Positions 1-12,703 of a stretch of DNA of 64,000 bases are shown in pieces. This stretch comes from the human T2T-CHM13v2.0 reference genome, Homo sapiens. Every line of letters starts with the position of its first letter. The first letter of the stretch is position 1. Under the pieces are notes generated by a model. The model was not told the DNA's origin, made no database searches, and saw nothing but the letters and a program-made list of their open reading frames with translations. The DNA lies in NCBI RefSeq assembly GCF_009914755.1, contig NC_060942.1, one strand, 5' to 3'. The position numbers and the translations under genes were made by a program.

Positions 1-1014
1 AAGCCCTCCTTCCCCCAGCTGTTGCTGAGGGCTCCCTGTTCACAAGGATGGGTCAGGTCCTATTTTAGATGGGAAGGCAGACATGGGATCAGACAGGAAG
101 AATAGGTCATAGGATATCAGATTAGCATGGCAGGGCTCATGCTATAGGCTTCAGCAACCTTGCAGATCATTTATTCTAGGCGGGGGTGTGTGTGTGCGTT
201 CACATGTATGTTTTCCCTAAAAAGAGGTACTTCAGCCAGTGCATTTGGTTTGACACCAGTGTTTCTGCAGCTACCTCCTGTTCAGATAATGTTCCTGGCT
301 CTCAGATAAGAGGCAGAGCTTGTCTCCTGCACACACTGGGGACAGGAAAGACTCTCAGAAATCATGAGATAACATATGAAGCAGTGAATGGAGGGGAGGG
401 CACCAAATCTTGCCACATGTACCCAACATCAGTAACTTCACCACCTATGGCAGAGATGGAGCTGCCTCATCCTGCCTTCTCATTAGCATGGAATGGAAAA
501 TATTCAGTGATTTATCTCTTTGTCTGTAAGGAGATTCATTTGTTCACATATGAACTCAGAGGACATCTCTGACTTGGTAACATAGCCTCCACCATGAGAA
601 AGATGTTCTGAGATGCAATTTATCAAAAGCAATCTCAGTGGAGTGTGATCCTTTGTCTGCCCTCTTGAGTCTAGGCCAGTTTTAGAGGCTACTAATGTAG
701 CTCAGCCATGAACATAAATTCGGTTCTTGCAACTAATATTCTTCCTCCATCTTTCTCCACAATGTCTTTAAAATAAGTATATGCTATAAGCATGCCATTT
801 TGAGAAAGTTGGCCCTTGTGCTAATCCTAATAACTCCACTTTCCTTAAATATGTATCAGTCTAGATTAGCTAATCAGGTTGTCTGTCACCATATTAATTC
901 ATCTCCACTAGGTACAGGACCGTCTACTAAAACTTATGGCCAGAGGGCCTTTCCTTACATACATGGAACAATTAGGGTCCTTCACTAAACTTACTTACAG
1001 GATATAAAACAATA

Positions 1015-1220
1015 AACAGCCTATGTTTATGAAGCAATTTTAAGTGCTTTCTTATACTTGGTGAGCACTAGAAATGTGAAATAGGCAAGGATAATTAACT
1101 CCATTTTACAAAAGAAGACACTGAGGCAGATTAAGGGAATTTTTTTTTCCAAAAATTCTCAGCTGTTAAATGGTGAAATTGCAGAACTGGGTTTAAAATC
1201 AAGGTCCTCACACTCTAACA
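1015..1220 (-). mobile_element. MIR SINE relic
   Basis: Reverse MIR core CCATTTTACAAAAGAAGACACTGAGGC plus the degenerate GAACTGGGTTTAAAATCAAGG tRNA-derived end; boundaries approximate. Confidence 0.7.
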
Positions 1221-1539
1221 TCTCTTTCCTCTTTTGTTCAGTCATGAGACAACAGGGAAGTGTGTATTATGTACCGATGGCATCTTCATACATTTCTCTT
1301 TTATGTACAAAAGATTTAGCACTTCTGCTAAACTAATTGCTCCCCAAAGGAAAACTAGAACCACTGGGAGTTGATTGAAAGAGGCGGATTTTAGTTTATT
1401 TCGGAGAAATTTCCTAGCAACGAAATGAGCTCACTCCCATGTGCCTAGTTAGCACCCCATCTCTGGATACTTTAAGTAGCATCCAAAGGCAAGGCAGTAG
1501 ACTAGAGGATTTTCTGCAGGTACAGGATCAGCGAGAACT

Positions 1540-1730
1540 GAGGCTGAATCACAGCTTCAACACTGGCTATCTCAATGACCTTGTTCAAGGTGGATTACTC
1601 CTCTGAGCCTCAGTGTTCTCATGCATGCAATGGAGGGAACAATATTCACCTCATTTGGCATAAGAAGGATTAAGTATGCATGTAACGGACCAAGCACTTT
1701 GCCTGGAACAGAGGGCTTTTTCAATAAATG
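1540..1730 (+). mobile_element. MIR SINE
   Basis: TGACCTTG...CTCTGAGCCTCAGTGTTCTCAT...AATGG core; 3' GCACTTTGCCTGGAACAGAG...TCAATAAATG. Confidence 0.8.
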
Positions 1731-2499
1731 CAATTGTAAAACCCTCTCCAGCCTGGCCTTTCTCCAAGTCAGTGTATCCCATATGTCCTCTCTATCTGCC
1801 ACCCTTCCCAAGGCTTTTGCCACTTTTGCCTGGGTGAGGAAAGTTGGTCCCAGCAGAACCTTCTCATGGCAGCATTGGGAGCCCAGGGGCCATGAACCTC
1901 ACTTCCAGTTTTGGGTCCAGAACTTTTGTAAACTGACTTTGGATTCAGAAGCCAGAAGAAGGTCATTAGGAAAAATGGAACTGGAATCCCCAGCAACTGA
2001 GTAATTCACAAGTATGCCATCAGGGAAATAGTTTTGATGATTGCCAAGAGATGACACATGGCAAATGTGTCAGTGAAAATACTCTTGTTTGAATAAAACT
2101 TCTTCTAGTCTATTCTACTGGACCCTGCTGGCACCTCAAAGAGTTTTTTGTTTGTTTGTTTGTTCTCCAAAAATAAATGGCATGGGTAACTGGGTCTCTC
2201 AGTTTGTCATGAGTTCAGTGTCTAGGTATATTACTACAAACATAAAATATGCATCTCTTATTACATATGTCTGATTACTACGGTAATACATAAGTATTGT
2301 AGAAAATTTGGAAAATTAAAATTAAAGAATTTAAAATCATCTTAAATCCTACCCAGGAATGATCACCAATAACACTTTTAGAATACAGTCTTTAGATTTT
2401 ATTTTATATGAACACACATAAAAAGATGGGACCTTGTCACTTTGAGCTAAAACCAGGCAAAGCTCACCACCTTAGATTTTCATGATATCAGAATGGCGT

Positions 2500-2850
2500 C
2501 TAGACCTGAAGTTGTCATTACCTGGCTGACTCTAAGAAATTCCCTTTGCAACCTTAGCTCTCAGTTTTCTTATCTGTGAAATGGCCTTGATCAACATTTT
2601 GAAAATCATATTTCCTGGAATGTTATGGATGTTTCTTGAAAGAATCTGTATCAAATAGATTTGGCAAAGGCAGAGTTAAAGAAAAAACAACATTGAATAT
2701 TATCAATATTCTCAGAGCTCTTAACAAGTAAATGAGCACATGAATCCCAAGAAAGGGACTTAATAGGCCATAGAATCCTTTTTTCCTGGCACACCTGTTA
2801 GTATGTTGTAGCAGTAATATTCTTCAGAATATCTTGGGAAGCACACTGTA
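2500..2850. mobile_element. MIR core fragment followed by an old hAT-Charlie MITE (MER103-like)
   Basis: CTCAGTTTTCTTATCTGTGAAATGG core, then TCAAATAGATTTGGCAAA...TTCTCAGAGCTCTTAA...TTGGGAAGCACACTG resembling Charlie MITE motifs; family uncertain. Confidence 0.5.
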
Positions 2851-3209
2851 CCGCAATCACTAAGGTGTTTCTAATTCAATATGTGCTGGATTCCCACTTT
2901 TTGGTAACACATGAACATTGAAACTGATCCCCTGGAATGTGAACCTGATAGGATTAAAAAGCTAATCCATGTGGCATTGACTCCCATTTATTTGGCGAAA
3001 TCGAGGAGTTAAAAATTGTTGAACAGCTGTAACCTTAGACCTCGGAAAGTAAACATTTCACAACTGATATCAAGGTCACTGACAACCTGAGTGCAGGTGG
3101 ACTGGAGATGTTGGCTGAGATTTTGTGGATGCCAACCCTGGATCGTGTGTAGACAGGGAAAACATGCTCCCAGGCTATGTCCTGAAGCTTCACATGTGCC
3201 CATTTCATT

Positions 3210-3235
3210 AAAAAAAAAAAAAAAAAAAAAAAAAA
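3210..3235. repeat. A26 mononucleotide run
   Basis: 26 consecutive A, with no adjoining Alu or L1 body. Confidence 0.97.
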
Positions 3236-4119
3236 CAAGGTGACTTACCCTGTGAGAGTTGCTTCAATTCTGCTATTCCTTGTGTCCTCCGTGTTTGAGT
3301 CTTATATTCAATGCAGTTTATTTTCCTAAGTTCTCAATGAACTGCAGTGGAGTGCCACAAACTATGCTTCATACCTGCTTTACTGGATAGCTTGGCTGCA
3401 ACATATAGTCGGATGGTTTGGGAAGGACAAAAGTCTCATGCACGGGAAAATTAGAAAACAACATGACCATGTCCCAAAGTATGTTATAAAGTTAATAATA
3501 AAAATTCAGGGGGATCAAGAAAAGGACTAAGCTATGTGGCCAGTGTGTCTTTGCTACGGTGTGTCTCAGTTTCTTCATGTAGCACATGGGAGGTGCATAC
3601 TTGAATGATGCCTCAGAAGCCTTCCAGCCTCTAGCATTTTATTCTTGTCCATCCCATTCCAGTAGAGATGAGACCTCCAGAGGCTATGAGAAGTACAAAT
3701 GAAGGATTTTCAATATAGGTGTAGCACTTCCAGAGCTTACTACTTGGGACAGTGAGCCGTCTTGATGAACTACTTAAATCTTCACTTTGTCCAAGATGTT
3801 CCTCAACTTACTTGGATCAAAGCCTTCCTCTTTCTCGTCTTCTTATTTTTTTGATTAGATATATTTTTCCTAGTTGGATAGTGTACTTTTATATTTATAT
3901 GTCAAGGTGGTTTTCATTTAAAGTAAAAAAGCAATGTTTAAAATTTCTAGCCCTTAGGTCAGCACAGGTGATTTCTGTAGGAAGGGCCCTGTCACCTTTT
4001 AGATACATCCAATTCCTCTTAAACATGAGCACCTATCAGAAATAATGAAAAAACTCACCTTTGGGATTTTCATTAGTTTGGCAATCACTTCTCCTTTTGA
4101 AAGATTGGTGGACTGTACA

Positions 4120-4121
<2 letters not shown>

Positions 4122-4157
<36 letters not shown>
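4122..4157. repeat. (TTA)12 microsatellite
   Basis: 12 perfect TTA units. Confidence 0.97.
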
Positions 4158-4377
4158 GTTAAAAGGAAGCCAACTGTTTCATTTGATACCACACAAAGAT
4201 AACAGCATTGTAAAGTCCCAAAGAGTTTCCCACTGAGTTCCTCCAAAGTGACGAATTCCTAGCAAAAGGTCTTCTCACACTCAGCTTGTCAGAGACCTTG
4301 CTTGCAGCAGTGTCTCAGGAACACTTGTTGGCTGAATGAATGAGTGAAGGAATTGGTAAATTAGTGAGTAGTGTCAC

Positions 4378-4595
4378 TGTGTGGTATCTAAGAAGAACTT
4401 TGACTTTGGGGTCAGATAGAATTGGTTCTAAAATCGTGTGGTTCCTCTTAGTAGATGTATGACCTTCAGAAAATTACTTAACTTCCATTTTCTCATTTGT
4501 CAAGTGGGGACATGAACTCCCTTTGAGTGTTACTGGAAGGATTAGAGATGATCAATGTAAAGTGCATGATACAACGTAGGTGCCCAATAAAAGGA
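4378..4595 (+). mobile_element. Near full-length MIR, preceded by an L2 3' tail at ~4300-4370
   Basis: GACTTTGGGGTCAGATAGAATTGGTTCTAA...TGTATGACCTT...TTACTTAAC...CTCATTTGTCAAGTGGGG...GTAGGTGCCCAATAAA. Confidence 0.8.
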
Positions 4596-7304
4596 GGTTT
4601 CCTTTTTCTCTCATTGCTCATGCAGCATCTGGCTCCTAGTGGGCCTTTGGGACATGTTTGATGACTGAAGGGAGCTGAGCACTATGCATTTGGAGGCCAT
4701 GAGTCATTCACACCCAGAAATTACAACTCCTTTATCTACTGGGCTGCTGTTCTCACTGGGGAAGTCCCCAGTTGCCTGGTTGGCACATTGTTCCAGCCAA
4801 CCAGGTATTTACAGCTATCTCTGGCTATTCTGAGCATGAACAAGATTACCTGGGAATTTCCCTCTTGATAGGACTAGAGACTCCTACCCTTAGAGCAGAG
4901 AAGGCAGCTCTGATAATGAGATGACAAAACAGAGGGCTTTTCTCTGTTCTCAACTAAGTCCTTAGTGGCAGGAAAACAGACTGTAGTGTGCACAGGCTCA
5001 GGCCAAGGGCCACAGAATATCTTCCGAGTAAGAATACAGGAGCAAGGACAAGCTAGGATCATCAGTGATACCCACTCAGAGTGGGTAAAATCCTCAGGCC
5101 ACAGACAACAGAAAAAGGCAGGCAGAAAGTAGTGAGCAAGTGGCCAATTGTGTCCCGGATGCCCAGGGCTTATTAGAGCAGGGGAAGGCCAGAAGGAGTC
5201 AAAAGCCTAGGCAGAGGTGGTCAAACAAAGATCATGTCAAGGAGCAACAGCAGGTTATCCAATTGTAAATACCTGGAACCCAGATTCCAAAATACGAGGG
5301 CTCAGTGGGAGGCAGAGAGAACACTGGGGAGCAAGACAGTAGAGCCAAGCTAAAAAATATCTGGACAACCAAGAAAATCATTTTCTGGGATCAAATAAGG
5401 AACTGAAACATTAGAAGAGCAGTCAATCTCCATCCCAGATGACAGGCATTCCAAGTTCCTGCCTGGATGGAGTATTTCAGGGTGCTGGTCCTGGTCTCTG
5501 CCAGGAGGGGTGATCAATTTCTACACCAGGTTCCCAGTGAGTCAACTTGGATAAGTTGAGCCTAAAGCCATGCACCTCAATTGGTGAGAAATAGAGCTAA
5601 TAAAACTCAAACCAAGGAATTTATCCCTTGTGAGTTAGTTAGTTCCTCCTGCCTGAAGGTCCCTTCTTAGCATCTAGTAAAATGTCACTTACAGACCACT
5701 TTTAGAGCACACACAGCCAGGGGTTTTGCTCAGGTCAGTGCTTGGAGGAGCCTTTTTTCAGGATCCCAAGAAGTAGTATTTCAAAGCTGATGCTGTTCAC
5801 TCATTTCTTTAGTTAAAGATTTATCTTCCCTCAAGCCTTATGAATTGAATTGGTACCAAAAGGATGCACTTCCCATTTGGTGCAAAGCAAATGTAGCAGA
5901 TAAGAAAGCTTTGTGCTTTTATTAAAACTGTCACAATCAGCCTGTTCATTTCCCCAGACTTACCTTGTCTACTAAGGCCTAATACCTCTCTATTATGTGA
6001 ATCCTCTGTGTGGCCTTATATGAGCAGTGACTGTCATTGACATGGCCACAGAGATTAATAACATTGATGCTACTGACAGCTTACCCAGGGGTTTAGAGAA
6101 TGGGAACTGATTGCTAGTAAATTGGAGGTGCAAGAAAAAGTGCAAAGAGGGCCTAGAAAAAGTTGACAACCAGTCTTTTTTGGGAGTCAAGTCAGCTGAC
6201 TGCTTTAGTTTTAATACCTTCTTGAGGCCTAGAGAGTTGTCTTGATTTATGTTTGAAATGGTACCTACCTATTTTTTCCCAAACATGTAAAGTGTAGTAT
6301 CAAATAACAACATACCTGACCACTCCAGCAAGTGGAAGCTTCTCTCTCATTCTGCTTTATTCTGGAAAAATAGCAGCAAATAAATTTTATTTGCTTGTAG
6401 GCCTTAATTTACTTGAAAGTTGAATATATTTCCTAGCAAACATTTTGTTTTTCTTCCTATTTTTGTAGAGTCAGTCCCCTCCATGGTTTCTTTTTCTTCA
6501 GCATTTCAAAACAGAGATAAATAATTTTGCTAATGCTTTTAGTATTTCTCTGATTCCTTCATTAATCTCCAGGGACAACCATAAACCTCCGTGGCTTTAA
6601 AAACATTTCATTTTTCTTGCCAAACCAGGAGAAGAATCAAAAGAGGAAGTTAGTTATCTTTGTACTAAGTTGCCCACTCTTCCTCTAAAAGTTTGAGAGC
6701 TACCATCAGAGCCTTATTTATCATCCCTACTAAATCCTGTTCTTTGAACCAAAAACAACTAAAAGACTTGGATCAGTTAGCTTAGACTGTTTTGATTCCC
6801 TGCAGAGTTCAGTTTGGCCCCAGTCATGTGGGGAGTGTAGACTAGAGTCATAAGAAATACTGTCTTTGGATGCTCAAGTCATCTTCTGTTCTAGGGAGCT
6901 CAGAGCGTTGCTAAGGGAGTGGTGATGGTGTCTTCTAGGTGTGAGTTGCACTGACTCTCCACCTGAAAGTGTTGACACTGAGGTCCACAATTGTTGCATT
7001 CTGCTGCAGAAGTCTTAACAGATAGTTAAATTAAACTATTGAGATGAGGCCTATTGATATACAATTAACCCAAGACAGTTTTCTTAGATATATGTGTATA
7101 TATACATAGAAAGAACAGATAAATTTGAATGTTGGTAACCCTTGCCGTCTATGTGGGGAAGCCCCAGTGAACAACTTTTACAAATAATTGGCCAATAGAA
7201 ATTCTTCTGCAATCCCTATTTCTCTAAAAATGTTCTCCCTTTTATTGGATAGTATATTTTCCCAACATTTAATGAAGGATTTTTAAATTCAGTCAGCATT
7301 TTTG

Positions 7305-7632
7305 TTTACTTGTTTACTTAATTAACAAATTAAAATTGTACGTATTTATGATGTACGACATGATGTTTTGATATATGCATCCATGGTAAGGCTGAATCAA
7401 GCTAATTAACATCTGCATCACCTAACACATTTTTCATTTTTTTGTGATGAGAATATTTAAATTCTATTTTCAATTTCCAGGTATACAATACCTTGCAAGT
7501 TTCAAGGATACCATGCCTTGTTATTAACTATAGTCACTATGTTGTAAAATAGGTTTCCTGAATTTATTCCTCCTAAGTGAAACTTTGAACTCTTTGACCA
7601 GCATCTCCTCAAACCCCTCACCCCACCCCCAA
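7305..7632 (-). mobile_element. L1MA-type (L1MA8/9-like) 3'UTR fragment
   Basis: AAAATTGTACGTATTTATGATGTACGACATGATGTTTTG...CAAGCTAATTAACAT...TTATTAACTATAGTCACTATGTTGTA...CTTTGACCAGCATCTCC. Confidence 0.85.
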
Positions 7633-8104
7633 GGATGTTTTGTTTTATGTTTTCTTACTGCAGTATCGCCAAATCTTTATGTGAAAAGCAGGACAAGAAC
7701 GACATTGTGAAACATAAAGGGGCTGTTAGTTCTGTATAACAGTAGATTCTTTTGTGTCCTGGGTTTTTCTCCATCTGAGAGATTGTCCTATTTCTCTTCA
7801 CCTGATTAGGAAACTCTAGCAGATGGGGAAGGCTCTTCCATGGGAATCTTTTTAGAGGTCAAAGATGGAGTATTTGGAGATGTTTGTATAGATCCTATGG
7901 ACACGATATATCATCAAGTTATTATTAAAACAAATATGCCCATTTCCTCTATTTAATTTTGAGGATCCCTCAAAATAGCCTCAGCCTACACCTGGAAGAA
8001 GGAAAATAAGAAGGTGACCTGTGGACTATAATTTTTTCACCTAGTCTTACACTTGAGAGTGCTTTGTTGCTTAAAAAGTAATTTCCTAATGATTTTTGCA
8101 TTTT

Positions 8105-8290
8105 ATTTTTGAATAAAACCTGCAACCTCATGAAGGCAGTTACTGTCATTCAAGTTTTTTAACTCTAAGGAACTGAGGATGGAGAGATTAAATGAATTGC
8201 CCAAGCTCACAGTGTTAGTAAGTGACCAAACTGGATTGGAATTTACATGGATCTTCTGATTCCAAGTCTAGGGTTCTTGGCAAACACTAA
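8105..8290 (-). mobile_element. MIR relic
   Basis: GGAACTGAGGATGGAGAGATTAAATGAATTGCCCAAGCTCACAG...TCTGATTCCAAGTC. Confidence 0.75.
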
Positions 8291-8316
8291 ATGCTAAAAC
8301 ATTTGACAAGGAAGGG

Positions 8317-8664
8317 GTATTAGTCTGTTTCCATTCTACTGATAAAGACATACTGAAGACTGGGCAATATACAAAAGAAAGAAAGTTTTAATGGATTTAC
8401 AGTTCCACGTGGCTGAGGAGGCCTCACAATTATGGCAGAAGGAGCAAGTCACATCTTACATGGATAGCAGCAGATAAAGAGAGATAGCTTGTGCAGAGAA
8501 ACTCTCCCTAATAGAACCATCAGATCTTGTAAGACTTATTACTATCACAACACCAGCATGAGAAAGGCCTGCCTCCATGATTCAATTACCTCCCACCAGG
8601 TCCCTCCCACAACACGTGAGAATTCAAAATGAGATTTGGGTGGGGACACAGCCAAACCATATCA
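8317..8664 (-). mobile_element. THE1 (THE1B-like) ERVL-MaLR solo LTR
   Basis: Ends GTATTAGTC... and ...GAGATTTGGGTGGGGACACAGCCAAACCATATCA, the reverse of the THE1 start TGATATGGTTTGGCTGTGTCCCCACCC; imperfect 5-bp flanks AAGGG/GAGGG. Confidence 0.93.
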
Positions 8665-9914
8665 GAGGGGCACATCAATACAAAATGAAATGAAACAGAA
8701 GCACTCATATATTTGATCATCTAGGTTTGATCTACATTTTATTATACACATTCAGTCAGCAAACATTATTAAGTACCTATTGCTTGTAAGGCACTGCAGT
8801 GCTTAGATTTTACCTCTGAATATAGGACAGAGGTGGATTATATTGGGCCTCATTATAAGCCAACCTTGGCATGAGTGAAAGTCTTATAATGGGGCTTTGC
8901 ACCAGCCACAGCTTCTAAAGTCATCATGGGTGAGTCTGTTCCACAAAAGTGAGCCAAGACTACTGTAACTATGCTGTTAACTCAGGCTGCAAATGTTCTA
9001 TTCCTGAAAAAAAAATGTATTTGAGGCCTGCATGATCTCAACTGGCTGTAAATACCTTTCAGATTTCCTGGGTTATTGCTTAGTCTTCTACTGTTCCTTT
9101 CCGTCTTTATCTGACCAATTCAGAGTCCTGCTTCACAAATGCCAAACCATTTTAGTTTCTGTATAATGGAGGCATTTTTTTCCTCTTTAGGTCACATGTC
9201 TTTCACAGAGATTTTTGTCATAGATGTCTTGAAATAGGAACTGTAAAAGACATTATTTTTGAACGTTTGAACATTGCTTTTTATTTTCTCAAAGGAGTTT
9301 GCACATGATCAACAGATATATTCATCAAACCCACCTACGAGATGAGAAACCCAGACTCAAAAGTTGAGGGGAGGAGAAGTGCTCTACTTTGAGAAGAAAC
9401 AACAGAAATTAAGCTCAAATGTCTTATAAAATGAATCCTGAATAATCCTTTTACATTCAAACATTTTGACAGTTTTTGGGCATGAGAGGAGGAGTGAGGA
9501 GTTTATTTGGAGCCTAAATTATCTCCAAATTGTTTGTTTGCTATTAAAGGGCTGAAAGAGAAGTAAGCAAAACAAAAATAAAATTCCACTGGCTCTCCAC
9601 TATGGATGAGAAGTTGCACAAAGGCCTAGCTGTTTCGTTGGTGGAGAGCTACATGGCTGCCCAAGTTTTGCAATAGAACTTAGAGAATGGCCTTATATGG
9701 GAATTAAGGATGGGAAGCAAAATGTGTTTTTGAGGACTTAAACAGACACTCCAGGTGGTGCAGACAGGTGCAGACAGCATTGACATAATGTCACCTGCAT
9801 ATGTACATGGCTTAGGCCTTTTAAAGCCCATTTACCTGTGCTATTGTGTTGAATTTTAGCTCTAAAATAGGTTGTGATTTGATCTTGTTACCAATTCAAA
9901 AAATCAGTTAGGCA

Positions 9915-10450
9915 TACCTAGTAGGTCATCTTGTCTCTGCTTGAAAGTTTCCAGTGATGGAGAGCTTTCTGTTGGCCAGGTAATGTATTTTGTGGCTGGA
10001 CAGCTTTTATTGTTTGGAAATTATTCTGTGTATAGAGTTCAAATATATTTTATTGAAACTTCTATCTACTGGTTTTATTGTAACTGCTACATAATAATTT
10101 TTCTTCCTCATCCACACAATAACTTCAACCATTTGAAAGCAGTTATCAGAACTCCCTTAAATCTTCACATCTCCAAGCTAAACACCTCTCATTTTCTCAA
10201 CCAAGCCTTTATTAATATGGTCTTCATCTCCTCCTAGCTCTGTTCACCTTCTCCTAGAATAGATTTCTGGCATCTCCATGACCCTAAGCAATCAAATCTT
10301 CTGGTAGCTCCATGACTTTAATAACAGTATATTAAATGTTTCCTGACCAATATAGGGTGATTGTTAGCAGCCTCTATTGAGATTTTTTATTTCAATTACT
10401 GCCATCTAGGATTATGATGACTATTTTAGCAACCATTGTTAGCTCAAAAA
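9915..10450 (-). mobile_element. L3/CR1 LINE relic
   Basis: CTCTGCTTGAAAGTTTCCAGTGATGGAGAGCT...GGACAGCTTTTATTGTTTGGAAATT...CATTTGAAAGCAGTTATC...CTCCAAGCTAAACA. Confidence 0.7.
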
Positions 10451-10604
10451 AAGCTTGTGGTCAAATGACATTAACAGTCCCTTTTCCATAACAACTGTGA
10501 CTCATTTCTCCTCATTTAATTCCTTCTCATCTTCTTAAGAACGAGCAACCTACATGAAAAGTTTCAAGGGTTAGAACAGATCCTGTCACCTCAATTTAAA
10601 GTAG

Positions 10605-10850
10605 TACTAGATAACATTTACTGGCCACTGACTAAAGGCCAGTCATTAGAACTGTTCTGAGTAATTTTCCTACAATAACTCACTAAATGCTCATAATAAC
10701 CCTTGGGGGTAGGTTCTATGAATGCTCCATTTGAAAGATGTGCAAATGGAAGCGTGGAGATGTTTGGTAACTTGCTTAAATTCACACAATTTGTAACTGA
10801 GAGAGGTGAGATGCAAACACAGGCTCTTCAGCCCATACCCTTCACCCTGC
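10605..10850 (-). mobile_element. MIR SINE
   Basis: TAACATTTACTG...ATAACCCTTGGGGGTAGG...CCATTTGAAAGATG...GTAACTTGCTTAAATTCACACA. Confidence 0.75.
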
Positions 10851-12212
10851 TTTCTAGCTGGTGCACATAGTTAGTAGTCAACAGGAATTGAACCTCGGTC
10901 TCCTGGCTGATAGATCAATGTTCTCTCCTCACCCCGGTGTGGCCTTCCTGAAGTGGTAACAAGTCTTTCATTTTTGAACTTTATATAAGCTGTTTTGTTT
11001 TGCTTTTATACAAACTGAGATTCATGACCCATTATGAATTCAATTTAGGGGGTCAATATAAGCAAGAGAAAGGAAAAAAGAAAAGAGGGAGGGAGAGAGA
11101 GAAATATCAAAAGACATCATACAGAGTAAGTGCAAATTTTGTTTCTTTAAACTCTTATTTTAACATGTGTAAAATGCACACAAAAATACCTATTTGTGTG
11201 TGTGTGTACAGAATATGATGAAAAGTGTATCTCTTATCTCTCTCATACGGTCAAAACAGTTTGAGAGTTGCTGCCTATCTATTGTATATACCAAACTTTG
11301 TCCATTTCTTTATGCTAAGGTTAAACAGGGATTGGAGGGGACACTTTAGTTTTAAAACTCCACTCTTGATCTGCAGCCAGTAAGAGCACAACTTGCAACT
11401 AAGCAGAAAGTTCAAGCAAAGAACCTTAGAGTGAAAAGAGATGACTGAGGGCTGAAATAAAAAACAAAAAGCTATTCCAATTTCATTTGAGTTTCCATTC
11501 AGCAGCCTCATAGATTCCTAACTCATCACCTCAAGCAGGTCACTTCCCCTCTCTCCAAGTTGTTCGCCAGAACCAGCCAAAGAATGCAGGAAATGGTACT
11601 CTCTTTTTCTGAGTGAATCTTGGCAAAATGACTTCAATTTAGCCAGCAGTGCAGGAAGCGATTGTAAATATAAATTTGTTTTATATGCTCCTCCCAAAGG
11701 AGACTTGCAGTTTGCCTCCCTAGTAAACAGGGATGTGTATTCCTGATCATCTTACTTGGATCATTTTTTTTTTCACCCTTCTATGTAGCAATGTCCTTAA
11801 TTGAGGTAGTAATATTGGGCTTGTTGGATTGTCATGAAGTTTAATTTGAATGTTAAAGGACCCCCTTGGTGCTCAGATAAAAATCATTATATAAGGAGGA
11901 AAAGAAAATTATGTTGACTAATTATAGGTATATAGAATTCCCATTCATTATGTCCACAATGATATGTATCTGAATATGATATGTTGTAGACTGAAAATAG
12001 TAACTCTCCCTGGTTATTTCCACAGTCACTTTAGGCACTTGGGAAAATGCATTCTCCCATTTTATTCAATTAAAGTATGTGTAGGAATGAGGCAAGTACA
12101 GTACAAAAATCTCCAGGAATCAACAAAGGACCACCAAGAGAATTTAAATGGATTTCAGCCATTGTAAACAGAAGACAATTTAAGTCCAATTCACTGTTGA
12201 AAACTTAATTGA

Positions 12213-12500
12213 GGCTGGGCACCGTGGCTGCTTTGGGAGGCTGACTCAGGAGGATTGCTCAAGGCCAGGAGTTCAAAAGCAGCCTGAGCAACATAGCGAG
12301 ACCCTATCTCTGCAAAACTTAAAAAAAAAAAAAAGTAGCCAGTCACATGTGCCTGTAGTCCCAGCTACTAGGGAGGCTGAGGTGGGAGGATCACTTGAGC
12401 CCAGGAATTCAAGGTTGCAGTGAGGTATGATCATGCCACTGCACTCCAGCCTGGGCAACAGAGGAAAATCCTGTCTCAGAAAAGAAAAAGCAAATGAAAG
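12213..12500 (+). mobile_element. AluJ with a short left-arm deletion
   Basis: GGCTGGGCACCGTGGCT...GGAGGATTGCTCAAGGCCAGGAGTTC...GGGAGGATCACTTGAGCCCAGGA (J-type), A-rich tail. Confidence 0.93.
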
Positions 12501-12501
12501 C

Positions 12502-12703
12502 AGAGAAAGAAAGGAGAAGAGGGAAGGGAAGGGAAGAGGAGGGGAGGGGATGGGAGGGGAGGGGAGGGGAGGGAAGAAAGGGAGGGGGAGGGAGAGAGGA
12601 AGGGAGGGGGAGGGAGGGAGGAAGGAAGGGGGGAGGGAGGGGGAGGGAAGGAGGGAGGGAGGAAGGGGGGAGAGAGGGAGTGAAGGAAGGAAGGAAGGAA
12701 GGG
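12502..12703. repeat. ~200 bp GA-rich polypurine tract
   Basis: GGGA, GGAA and GGGGA units interrupted by only two T (12551, 12681); extends from the AluJ tail. Confidence 0.95.

Noticed and set aside
186-572. 128-aa ORF
   Set aside because: GTG start inside a TG run and no recognisable domain; consistent with chance
4700-5500. Possible ancient LTR (also ~26370-26900)
   Set aside because: Composition is suggestive, but I could not match termini or a family
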